NCBI GenBank assembly: GCA_002104945.1
Contig: MCFH01000005.1
Location: 558,001 to 622,000, forward strand
Origin: Piromyces finnis finn
Lineage: Eukaryota > Fungi > Neocallimastigomycota
Reading direction: 5' to 3'
DNA: 64,000 nucleotides
Position numbers and translations under genes: made by a program. Below are positions 17,293 through 29,331 of this stretch, piece by piece (the stretch's first letter is position 1; each line of letters opens with the position of its first letter). The notes under the pieces are model-generated. The model was not told the origin of the DNA, searched no databases, and was given only the letters and a program-made list of their open reading frames with translations.

Positions 17293-18676
17293 ATGTTCAC
17301 AGATTTCCTAGTCAATACATTTTTAATGGCAGGATTGCCATTTCTTTTAAACATATATTTAAGCAATAAAAATAGAAGACCAGAAGATCGTATCAATAGA
17401 CCTAAAACTTATGTAGATAAATTAGTTATAGTAGCTCTAATATTTGGAATCATTTATGAGTTGGTTACTTTAATGTTTTACAGACCACCTTCTGTATTTA
17501 CAACTTTAAATATCCCAACAGATGCTCCAAATTGGCTTTTTAAAAAAAATTATAGAGAATATATTGTTAATACATATGGCCAAGAATTTGCTTCATTTGA
17601 CCCAAATGACCTTCGTCCAAATCAAATTACAAAGAATTTAGAAGATGTTCGTAAATTCGCAACTTTATGTAAAGAATTAGAAGAACCAGGAAAACGTGCT
17701 ACTTATTTAAAATATGGTGAAAATACATATACTCAATGTTCTTGGTGTGAAAGTGATAATGACTATTTTGTATTTACAATTTCTCGTTCTTCTTTTAATT
17801 ACATATATATTTTAGCTTTATTAGGTAAATATTTATATGATTCTTATCGAGTTAACAATGCAAATTTAATTTATTTTATTGAACAATAAATATATAAAAT
17901 ATTTTATACCAAAAATCAAATAACATTAAACATTTCCCTCCCTCTTCTTTAATTATTCAATTTATAAATATATTTCATATTTTATTTAAAGGGGCTGCTA
18001 CTAGTACTACCCGCAAAAATATATGGCGTTTTTGGTCTGTAACACTTGTAGCTGGTGTTGCTTTATATGAAGTTTTTATGTATATTACATCAAATGAAGT
18101 CAATGCTTTGAAAAAATCATTATATGAAGAAATTGATTATTCTCGTCATGGCCTATTCATTATTATTATGGCACTTGTATGCATATTTGACAGAAGTGAT
18201 GAAAAAACTAATGAAGAGCTTTCTCAAGAAATTATAGATCGTACTATTGCTATGATTAATCGTACTCAAGCTACTGAATTATGTTCTGTTGCTACCTTAA
18301 CTGTAAATATTAAATTATTATTATTATTATTATTATTAATATATAATAACAACATTGTATTTTTAATATCACAAATATATATACCATAATGATTATAATT
18401 AAACAAATGAAAAAAAAAAAAAATTAATAGGATAGCAATCTTCGTAAAATGTTTATTGATTATTATGAAAAAAAAGAAGTTGAAAAGTCAGTTGTATTTT
18501 CAAGTCAAGAATATAACGATGTTAGACTTCAAATTATTTCAAAGTATAATTTAGAAAAAATGATTGAGAATTCCAGTATGATGGCTGAAAATATTATGAA
18601 TAATTATCGTAAGTTAACATCTAAAGAAATACCTCCAAAAGCGAAAAAAGAAGAAAACAAAAGTGAAGCATCTTAA
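17293..18676 (+). CDS. Hypothetical multi-pass membrane protein, 3 exons (approx. 17293-17824, 17992-18302, 18431-18676)
   Basis: Three track ORFs join in frame through GT-AG introns; several hydrophobic segments; YLKYGENTYTQCSWCE (CxxC) motif; no family name recognised. Confidence 0.7.
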
Positions 18677-19087
18677 ATGATATTATAACAATCACCGATA
18701 TTTATAAAATCATAAATTCTTTTATTTTAATTAATGAATAATAAAAAAAAAAGTATATTCAATCCTTAGAATTTAACTTGATATCTTATATATAAATATG
18801 ATATTATATAATAATTATATAATAAATAATAATATGAATTTTTATCTATTTATTCAATAAGAAATATATTTTTAGTAAAGAAAATTCAATAAAATTATAT
18901 AAAATCATTTCATTAATAAATCAATGATAAAATACTAAAAAATTTTGTAATTATTGGATTGGATCAATTTTTAGTATTTTCTAAATATAATAGAAATCTT
19001 TATTTGCATTTATTTATTTATTATTATAATTATTATTTTTAATTTTTAATACTTTATTTTTCATCTTTCAATTTTCCCTTTACTTAT

Positions 19088-22000
19088 TTAATACTTTTGT
19101 CTTTTTTGTCTTGAAATAAGATTAGTAATAGAAATGTCATTAATTCGTTTTGCTACATCCATTACTGTTTCATTTTTATTATTGGTGTGGGAAAGAGATA
19201 CATTTTTGGATATTAAATATTTGACAACATTATAACATTTCTGTTCTATTGCTAAAAAAATAATATATGAACCATTAATTTTTTCATTTATATTGGCTTG
19301 TTGAATATCTTCGAGATATTCAATTATTTCACATTTAATAGAATCGTCACATTTATCATGCATAATGACATTTTCAATATTAATCAATGTTTTTATTTCT
19401 CCATGACAATATAAAGTACGTGCACCTTTTGAATATAGAGTCTTAACTAAAGAAGAACTAAACATCAGAGCATAATACAACGGAGCTTTCCCTTCCATTC
19501 CGCAAATTTCTAAATCAGCACCATAATCAACCATTGAAGTAATAAGATCATGGTATAACTTTTCATCTCTAAAAGCATTCTCACTTAATGTTTTCATTAA
19601 ATTAACTAAAGGAGTATCCCCTAAAAAGTTCTTTCGATTAACATTGAATAAATTCTTGTTTATGGCAGTTTTTAGAATATTTACGAAATTCATAATATCA
19701 TATCTATGATAATTTGCTATAAAGTAATCAAGAAAAGTTTCTTTAACTTCATCATTATTTTCATTATCTAATACATTTACACAATCAAAATCAAATCCCA
19801 AATTTATTAATTGAAAAATATCATCTGCATTATAATTATAATAAAAGTAGTAAGAGTTTCCACAACTAAATTGATAATCTTTAATATCAGCACCGTGTTC
19901 TAATAAATATAATATATTATCCTTACAAATATTTTTAAATCCATTTATGGGTTTTAACTTATAAATAGCTGTGTGACCATTAACATCACGCAATGATGCA
20001 TCCACACCTTGACTTATGGCATATTTCATAATTTCAGTATTGGTGGTATTAAATAATATTGTACAACCTTCATTATCTCTATGGGTAATATCCATTCCAT
20101 GTTCTACTGAATACTTTACTACTTCTACATCATTAATATAAAATATCGAATTTTTACCTTCTTTGTCGATACAATTTAAATTTATTCCTTGATCAATTAA
20201 ATATTTATAATTCCTGAATTTTATAAACTTATTTCCATAAAAAAATGATCTTTTGTATTTTCTTGATGCTTCAATATTAATTTCATTGTAAACATAAAAC
20301 AATGCATTTCTTCCTTCATTATCTACTTCATTTATAGAAATTCCGTTTTCAATTAATCTTTCAATTGTATCCAACTCTGCACTTTTTACTGAAAGCATCA
20401 ATAGATTAGTTCCTTGATTATTTTTATGATTAAAATTTTGACATTTATCCAATAAATAATTATATATGGTAGAATTACCATAGTATAAAGCATACATTAG
20501 AGCATTATTTCCATTACAATCTACACTATTAATATCACAATTATGTTCTTCTACTAAATATTTAATAAATTCGATTTTCAAATTATTTTTATTCATTAAA
20601 TTCATTAAAAATGTGATATTATTATTATTTTTGGTATTAATATCCATATTTTTTTCTTCAACTAAATATTTAGTCATGCTCTCTATAAAATCCATGTTAT
20701 AAGAGTATATTACAACGCAATTTAATAAATCCTCACCATTTTCATTAATTTTCTTAATATCAACTCCAAAGCTCTCATAACATTCAATGATTTTTTTTGA
20801 ATTTTCAAACTTATTATTCTGATAACCTAGTATTACTTCTTGAAATGGAAGAAATTTCCTAAAATTATTCTGGTATGGATTAGCATTGTTTGCTAATAAA
20901 AATCGAATACTCATCATTTTACTGGAGGTGGTTGCAATTGATAATAAGTAATTATTAAATTTAGCTTTAGCATTGACTATATAATCATTAATTTCAAAAC
21001 CTTGTTTTATTAACAGTCGAAGGAGCCTATAAGAAAGAAAAGAATAAGATAATAATTTTCTATTTATTTCAATATTTGAATTATCAATTTTTGCGCCATT
21101 ATCAAATAGAAATTTTACAATTTTACAATTATTTATTTTAACAGCATAATATAAAGGAGTAGCACCTTTGAGATCTTTACCATTTACATCTGCACCTTTA
21201 TTAATTAATAATTCAACCATGTTGAGTTTTCTTCGATTGACCATGTTAATTAAAGGAGTTTCTCTTGAATATGTTAATCCGTTATTTTGAGTAATATAAT
21301 AAATATTATTTAAATTAGCTCCATAATCAATAAGAATTTCTAAACACTTTATTAGCTTTTTTGATACACGATCACTAGATAATAATTTACTTAACGCTGA
21401 TTCGCATTTATCATTAATATAGTTAATATCTGCACCATTATCTAATAAATATTTAATCAAAATTATATTCTTTTTTCGAACAGCATGCATTAATGGTGTT
21501 TCAAAATTGGCATCAACACAATTTAAATCGTTAACCAATTTATTTTCTATTAAATATTGAGTCAAAAAAATACATTCATTCATTGTTGCATGGAAAATTA
21601 ACTGATTTCCATCTTTAGTTACAATAGAAGTATCTGCACCTGATTCTAATAAGAACTTAAGAACGTATCTGTTATTACCTATGCATGCATAAATTAATGG
21701 TGAATTATTTGATTTATAATCGAAATCGTTTATTTTGGCTCCATGCTTAACTAATAATTTTACTAATTTTGTAGATGCTTTTTTAGTACTTAATATATAC
21801 ATTAGAGCTGTCTTACCATCTACATCTCTTTCATTAATGTATGCACCAGCATCAATTAAAAGTTTAAACATTTCATAAATTACTGCATTCATATGCTTTA
21901 TTTTCAAATTTTTGTTAATAATGCTAAGACTCATTAATGGTGTTATTAAGGTGTTTGTTTCTCTATAATTAACATCAGCACCTTTTTCAATTAAAAGCTT

Positions 22001-22729
22001 TAGATATTCAATATTTTTTGCTTTGCAAGAATTTAAGAGCATATCATTTATGCTATTTTCATTTAAAATATTCATTTTATATTTTAATATTATTTTTAAT
22101 AATTCACTATTATTTTTACTAATAATAGTATCCATTGTTCTTTTTTTTATTTCTAATTTTTCCTTTTCTTTTTTTATTATTGAATTTAAAGCTTTTCTTG
22201 ATATTGGTATTTTATTTCTAGAAGAAACAATAAATTGAATAATTATATCATTACTAAAGATTACATTGCTTATAAAAATTTCAAGCATTTTCAAATTTTC
22301 TTCTTCAATTAAACATTCTAAAAATGTTTTATTCTTTTTACTTTTAAAGCTCAAATCAATATTACGTTTAAGTAAAAATCTAAAAAGTTCACCAGTTAAA
22401 CAAGTACAATTTGATTCTTTTAAATAAAGTAAAACATTATAACCTTTTGCATTACTATAATTTATATCGGCACCTCTTTTCAGCAATTCGTCCACCAAAT
22501 AATAATTATGTTTATTAAGGGCTTCAAACAATGGTGTATTTCCTGATAAAACTTCATAATTTAAATCTACTTCATTACTTATAAAATATTCTATTATAGA
22601 GTTGTTTGATGATTGCTTAATAGCTTTAATTAACAATTCTTTATTATAGTTTAATTTTTTGTAATTTGAATTATTTTTAATAATTATTTTTATTTTAGTT
22701 AAATCATTTTCTAAGATAGCTTTTTCCAA
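19088..22729 (-). CDS. Large ankyrin-repeat protein (>1,200 aa); one 3.6-kb exon, probably with small upstream exon(s)
   Basis: Many ANK motifs (GNTPLFEA, GKTALMY, NSPLIYAC, ETPLMHAV, GATPLYYAV, GNNALMYA, GRNALFY, GADVN/GADIN). The track start is TTG; the frame stays open to about 22768 behind a TAAAG acceptor, so the true ATG is upstream. Confidence 0.9.
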   Translation of the reverse strand: MEKAILENDLTKIKIIIKNNSNYKKLNYNKELLIKAIKQSSNNSIIEYFISNEVDLNYEVLSGNTPLFEALNKHNYYLVDELLKRGADINYSNAKGYNVLLYLKESNCTCLTGELFRFLLKRNIDLSFKSKKNKTFLECLIEEENLKMLEIFISNVIFSNDIIIQFIVSSRNKIPISRKALNSIIKKEKEKLEIKKRTMDTIISKNNSELLKIILKYKMNILNENSINDMLLNSCKAKNIEYLKLLIEKGADVNYRETNTLITPLMSLSIINKNLKIKHMNAVIYEMFKLLIDAGAYINERDVDGKTALMYILSTKKASTKLVKLLVKHGAKINDFDYKSNNSPLIYACIGNNRYVLKFLLESGADTSIVTKDGNQLIFHATMNECIFLTQYLIENKLVNDLNCVDANFETPLMHAVRKKNIILIKYLLDNGADINYINDKCESALSKLLSSDRVSKKLIKCLEILIDYGANLNNIYYITQNNGLTYSRETPLINMVNRRKLNMVELLINKGADVNGKDLKGATPLYYAVKINNCKIVKFLFDNGAKIDNSNIEINRKLLSYSFLSYRLLRLLIKQGFEINDYIVNAKAKFNNYLLSIATTSSKMMSIRFLLANNANPYQNNFRKFLPFQEVILGYQNNKFENSKKIIECYESFGVDIKKINENGEDLLNCVVIYSYNMDFIESMTKYLVEEKNMDINTKNNNNITFLMNLMNKNNLKIEFIKYLVEEHNCDINSVDCNGNNALMYALYYGNSTIYNYLLDKCQNFNHKNNQGTNLLMLSVKSAELDTIERLIENGISINEVDNEGRNALFYVYNEINIEASRKYKRSFFYGNKFIKFRNYKYLIDQGINLNCIDKEGKNSIFYINDVEVVKYSVEHGMDITHRDNEGCTILFNTTNTEIMKYAISQGVDASLRDVNGHTAIYKLKPINGFKNICKDNILYLLEHGADIKDYQFSCGNSYYFYYNYNADDIFQLINLGFDFDCVNVLDNENNDEVKETFLDYFIANYHRYDIMNFVNILKTAINKNLFNVNRKNFLGDTPLVNLMKTLSENAFRDEKLYHDLITSMVDYGADLEICGMEGKAPLYYALMFSSSLVKTLYSKGARTLYCHGEIKTLINIENVIMHDKCDDSIKCEIIEYLEDIQQANINEKINGSYIIFLAIEQKCYNVVKYLISKNVSLSHTNNKNETVMDVAKRINDISITNLISRQKRQKY

Positions 22730-25112
22730 TTCTTCATATAATTCTTGGTCATTATATTTAGAAGACCTTTATTATCATAAAAGTTTAAATATACAAAATA
22801 ATATTGAATAAAAACACATTTTATTAATAATAATTTATTAACAATTATTTATCATTATTAATTATTTAATTACTCTTTATTTGACTTCCTTTCTTAAATT
22901 ATCAAAAACAATAATAATGATGATAATAGTAGAAATAATAATATGTTTAATATTTATATTATATTAAATAATTAATAATATTTAATCCCATATACCCATT
23001 ATTTTTAGATATTATAGATTTTTGAATAACTGAAATTATAAAAAGTCCATATAGAAAAAAATGGTGATAAAAGTGTTTTTATTAATTCTTAAAAAGTTAT
23101 ATTTTAATTTAAGATATTTTATTTTTTTTATATTTGAAATTACTTTTGGAAAAAAATTTAAAAATATAACATTAATATATTACAATTGTTTATTTTTAAA
23201 ATTTTTTCTTATAATAAATTTATTGTAATAATAAACTTATACACTATTTTTCAAAATGATAATTCATAAATATAATAATTAATTGATATATGAGCTAAAT
23301 ACCATAATTGTACTACATAAATAATAAAATGAAACTCGATATTTTATTGTTGTAATTTAATGAAAAGGCTACAATTAAATTATTTATTACAATTATTCTA
23401 TATAATAAAAGATATACTAATATGAAATCGTTAAACAAATTTATAATCAGAAATCAATATATTAAAAAATCAATGCATTTATAATAACCATTTTTCTTTT
23501 GATATTTATTGAAATAGTTTTTGTAACTTAAAAAAATAATAATAATAAAAATTTTTTATGTTTATGTGACTTTATTTATTTTTAATTTATTATTTAGTAA
23601 AGTAAAATATAAAATAAAAATTTTAAAATAAATAATTAAAATATAGTATTCACTTTCTTTTAAAATATTTATTTATTAAAAAATAAAAAAAATGAAAATA
23701 AAAGTAATTTTATAAAAACTACTACTTATTGTATTATTACAATATAATAATATAATATATAAAAAACTTCAAAATCTTATTGTACTTATCATATTTAATT
23801 GAGGTATGACTCTATTCTATTATATAATAATAAATTATATAATTAAAAAAAGGTAAAAATAAGGAAAAAGAATTATATTTTTATATTTTATATATATATT
23901 TTTATTTATTATATATTTTTTTTTATTTATTTTTTTATTATTTTTTATATTATTTATTTATTAAAAGTTGTTTATTAATATTAATAAATATTATAAAAGT
24001 ATTCTTTAATATTTATTATTTAAGGTATTTTATTGTTGTATATAAAGATTTACGTTTTACGTTTTTTTTCTCTTCTCCTCTTATTATATATTTTTTTAAT
24101 AAAATTACGTTAAATGGAACGCTGATAATACTAAAGAGTAAGAGGAAAGAAAAAGGGTAAAAATCACATATTAGAGGGTTTATAATTCAATTTAAGGGTC
24201 TTTTTGTATATTTTCATAAAAAATAAAACTAAAACTTTTTTTTTTATTTTACTTTATAAATTTTGGAATATTATCTATTAATGAAATACAGCATTTGTTG
24301 TTTTTATTCATTTACTATTTAGATTAAATGTAATATTATTGTTTCTTGATAAAACAATTGTATATTTACTTAAAGAAAACTAAATTCAATTATTCATTAA
24401 ATTACTCTTTTCTTTAATATTTAATAATTTCTATTAGTAAAGAATATTATCATTATTAATGGAGTATTCGTTAATAATTTATTATTTTTATTCTTAGCTC
24501 GATTTTATATATTTGTTTTTTAATTACTTTTTTTTTTTTTTAATTTTTAATTTAGTGACTTTTTATTATTTCGTTTAATAAATTATTGAATTGCTTTTTG
24601 TATTTTTTTTTTTTTTGTTTTGTTTTGTTTAATTTATTTATATCCTTTTTATTTATTTATTTTGTTTTTAATTTTAATTTACTTTATTTTATATATTTTT
24701 ATTACTTATTATTATTATTATTATTATTTTGTTGTTGTTGTTGCTGTTGTTGTTGATATTATTAATTATTAATATAATATTTATTAATGTAAATATTATA
24801 TTTTTCTGTTTCTGATATTTATTACTTGTGATAATAAGATAATATTGATGGATATAATACTTTTTTTTAATTTTTTTTTATTATTATTTTTTATATTTTT
24901 TATTTTATTACTGTTTCTAGTTTTATTTTATGAAAATATATTTCTGTTTCTTTATTTTACTAATTTCTTATTAGTAAATGTCGTCATTATTATTAATTAA
25001 ATATTTTAAATATACTGTGTGTTAATGTTATTATGTTTAATAAGACATATTTATAATAAATTTGATTCTGAAATTATTATTGAAAAGTGAAGAAACTAAA
25101 ATAATTTGTCCT

Positions 25113-25716
25113 TCATTTTAGTTTAATTTTTGAAATAATAATTAAAAAGAAACTGAATTTATAAATGTGTATAAATGCAAATTATTTTAAGGAAAAAAGA
25201 TGATGTTATCAATAATTATTGACTTTGTATTATTTAAAAGTATACTTTCTTCTTTGGCTTCTTTACTTTTACTGCAACCTTTGAAACATTTTTATCTTTT
25301 TCATTATTATTTCTATTTATTAATATTTATTATGAAAAAATAATAATAATTAAATATCATTAATTATATTTCTCAAATAAACTAATAAAAAAAATGAATA
25401 AATATTTTACTGACATTGATTCAGCTTCAGATGATTCTTCAGAATCAGATGGACGATTACGAACACATTCTACATTAACGACATGACCTTCTTCATCAGT
25501 AGTAGAATTACGAGTTGGGTCAAAACCCCAATGTTTTCCATCAACAAAGAATTTATATTTGATAGTAGTTCCTTCTTGAACAAAAAGATTTGAACTGTAT
25601 CCTTTCTTGTCTTGTTTCATATCAACCCATCCTGACCAAGTACCAAAATCACCTACTAAACGAACAGAAGAGGCATAACGTGATGGGTAAGTAATCTTAT
25701 ATTGAATGATTGGCAT
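25113..25716 (-). CDS. Small CBM48/AMPK-beta-type glycogen-binding domain protein; 3' exon structure tentative
   Basis: ASSVRLVGDFGTWSGWVDMKQ..TIKYKFFVDGKHWGFDP..TDEEGHVVN matches the AMPK1_CBM pattern. Putative small exons add ..VAVKVKKPKRNFFLIIISKIKLK*. Confidence 0.75.
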
Positions 25717-28700
25717 ATTTTAAGCTTTAATATATAAATTTAATTTGTTGAATATTATGTAGAAAATTTTATTTTTAATAACTTAATAATATAGTGATTT
25801 ATTTTTTATTTCTGAGTTATAACAGAATAAAATTAATTTTGATAAAATATTATACAGGAATTATAATAATATATTAAAAATAAAAAGGAATAGGTTAATA
25901 TAAAAGTTTTTTAACTGAAATCAAATATTAATTAGTTATTAGTTGTTTTTATAATTTATTCATGTTTAAATTAAATATTTATAATAAAATAATAACTTTT
26001 TATTTTATCTATTTTTTTTTTCAATTCTAATATACTCATATTTTTTTTTTTAAAAAAAAAAAAAATTGATATTTAAAGCATGGCTTTTTTGGTAATCTTT
26101 ATATGAATTATAACTGATTTTAATATATTCAGGTCAATAATCAATACTTTTTGTTTTTTTAAAAATAATAAAATTAAAAATATATTTATACATTAATGTA
26201 AATATTATACCAATAACTTTTGATATAAATACTTTCTGTTGTTGTTTCTTTTCTTTAAATTCTCTTCCCAATTACTTTTTTTTTATTTTAATTTAAAGAA
26301 TTGTTATTCTTATTTTCATCCCATGCTTTAATTCAATTATGTAATTAGCCAAAGATAATATTAATAATAGATAAAAATAGATCTTTCAACTTTACATTTT
26401 TAATTTATTCAAATAATATAATTAATTTTTATATATGTCAAATGTTTATATTTAGTTTTTTTTTTTTTTTCTTAATATTTATTTTAGTTCTTTATATTTT
26501 TTTAAATATTTAAAAAGTAGTATCAGAATATAAAATTTTTATTATTTAGTTTTATTTTAATTATTTAATTTTACCTTTTTTAATGTTATATTTTTATTTA
26601 TATTTGTCCTTAGTCCTTATTTATTTTCTTATTAATGAATAGTAATTTTATTAATTAAAAAAAGAATAATATATATGAATATTATACACTAAATATAATT
26701 TTATTTATTAAATGAATAATTAAATAAATAAAGTAGTCATTACAATGTATATTTTGTATATTAATATTAAAATAATATTATATTATTAATATATTAGTAC
26801 AATTTATTTAATTTATTACTTGTATTGTGATTTAATACAATATATTTATCAAAGGTAAGCAATTTTATCTTTTATGATAATTAACACAATATTAATAATT
26901 TTTAATTTTACTATCACTGTTTTTAATATATTATCATTTTTAAAAATAATTTATATTAATGTATAGTGGCGTATAATAGTATCAAACCAATGTTGATTAT
27001 CAACATTGTATTTGAAGCCACGATATAACTGTAAATAAAAAATAAACTCTGCAATGTATATACATGAAAGCTATTCATAATTATTTGATATTTTGTTCTA
27101 ATGATAAATGTACATTTAATTATAAGATAGTATAAACATAAAAATATTTTCTATTTATTTAACATTATTTGTTTTTATAAATTGTAATCCTGTATAAATT
27201 TTTAATGTTAAATAAAGAAGTCTAAAAGTTACATAAATGTACTTATAAAACATAAAACCTATTTATTTCAAATAATAAAAAGAATTTACTAGCAATATAT
27301 TTTTTCAAGTTATTGTTATTCTGAATGAAATTAAAACTCATCGATTGCATTTATTAATTATTAAAGAGAAAGAATTATAATGCATCATTATTCTTAAATA
27401 AAAAAATTATTGGTTATTATAATTATTTTTCTTAAATATATTAATGCATTAGTTTTCATTCAAAAAAAAAAAAATTTTTGCAAGAATTTAAAAATATTAT
27501 GGTCAATTATAAAGTTGATATATGTAAAAAAAAAAACAATATAATTAATTCATAAAAAATATATATATTTCTACATTATATATTTAATTTAACCATTTTT
27601 ATATAAATTAAAAATGTAATACATTATATAAAATACAATAATTCTTGATAGAAAAATATATTACATTAATATTTAAATATATTAAAGATGTATTGAATAT
27701 TTTTAAAGAATTATAAATTTCTCAATCATGATAATTAAATAAATATTGTAAAAAGTTATTTTTATTAAGAAAAATGAATGTATTATAATCAATATATACT
27801 TAGTTTCAATTAATAAAGATTAATAAAGAATATGAAAATTGAAGTAAAAAATCGTGATGTTTTTTTTTTTTCTTAAATAAGTAGTAAAAAAAAATTATTT
27901 ATTAGTAAAAATATTTTAATTAATTGTTTTTGTTTTCCTTTTTTTCTTATTCTCGTGTAACTATAAATTAATTAAATGTTCATATACCTTATTTTCATAC
28001 GTTTTTATTGGTTAAGAATTTATTATTATTTTATTTTTATTTTTTTTTAAATATTCTTTTTAATTATAGATTCCTTTAAAGAAAGAAAAAAAGTAAACCA
28101 TACCTAAATTGATTTTTATTACATTTCTATTTGAATTATAATTTTATAGTAAATTATTTAATTGTTTTATAAAATTATTGTTACACATTTTAATAACACT
28201 ATTTATTCCTTATTGTTTCAATATTATTTTTTTTTCATTAATAAATCTTCATTTTTTGAAGAAATTACTTATTTCTTTTGTTTTAAATATCATTTTCTTA
28301 GTTTTTATACCAATATAAATACCTAACATTCCATTTTTATATATTAATACTAAAAAGATCATACTAAAATATAGATATTTATACTTTTTCATTTTAAATT
28401 TATTTAATATATATTTAAACTATACAATATTTTATTGATTATATAAAATATCCTTATTTTAATTTACAAGTACAATTTTTATTACATTTGAATTTCCTAA
28501 TATAACTCATTAATACAAAAATTATTACAAATGTATTGCAATATATTATGCATTATATAATAATATTAAATTCCAATTAAAAATTAAATATAAAAAATCT
28601 TAAATAATAATAATTTCGAAATTGTGAGTTTTCAACTATTTTGTGCAACATTAACTAAATTGAAATCTTTTTAACTTTTATATTTAATAATAATTAACAA

Positions 28701-29331
28701 TGACAATATTTTAATTTATTAATATATTATAATAAAAGTTATTATATAATACATATAATACAAACAATATAATAACTAATGATGATATATTAATAAAAGT
28801 AGGAAAATATAATATATAAATATATATTGCCGATATATTAATTTAATTTCAATAAATAATATTTATTTATTATTTTTAAGTAAATAATATGTAAATAATA
28901 TGTTTATTTATTTATTTATTTATTTTATTATAATCGAAAAAAAATTTTTTTTTTCTTTTCTTTTTTAAACCAAAAAAAAAAAATAATAATACTAAATAAA
29001 ATAATAAATTTAAAAGAGTGAAAATAAAATCCTAAAAAGAGGAATTTATTTAAGTTTTTTTAAAAAAAAAAAGAAAAGAAAACATTAAAAATTTGATATA
29101 AAATATAAATCTTTTTATAAGTAAAAAGAAAATAATAATAAATAAAAAGATAATAAATTATAATTATTAAATTATTACTACACACAAGACAATAAAAAGA
29201 TTTATCAATATTTAAAAAATATCTGTATATATTTTATTTTATATTTTAAAGATATTTCAAGAAAATAATATTTAATAATTAATTTTAGTTTAAAGTATAT
29301 TTTTATTTTTTCAAAAATAATATAATTTAAA

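Noticed and set aside
24050-24200. Pyrimidine-rich and purine-rich blocks that could pair into an RNA stem
   Set aside because: Complementarity is partial and low-complexity; no recognisable ncRNA motif.
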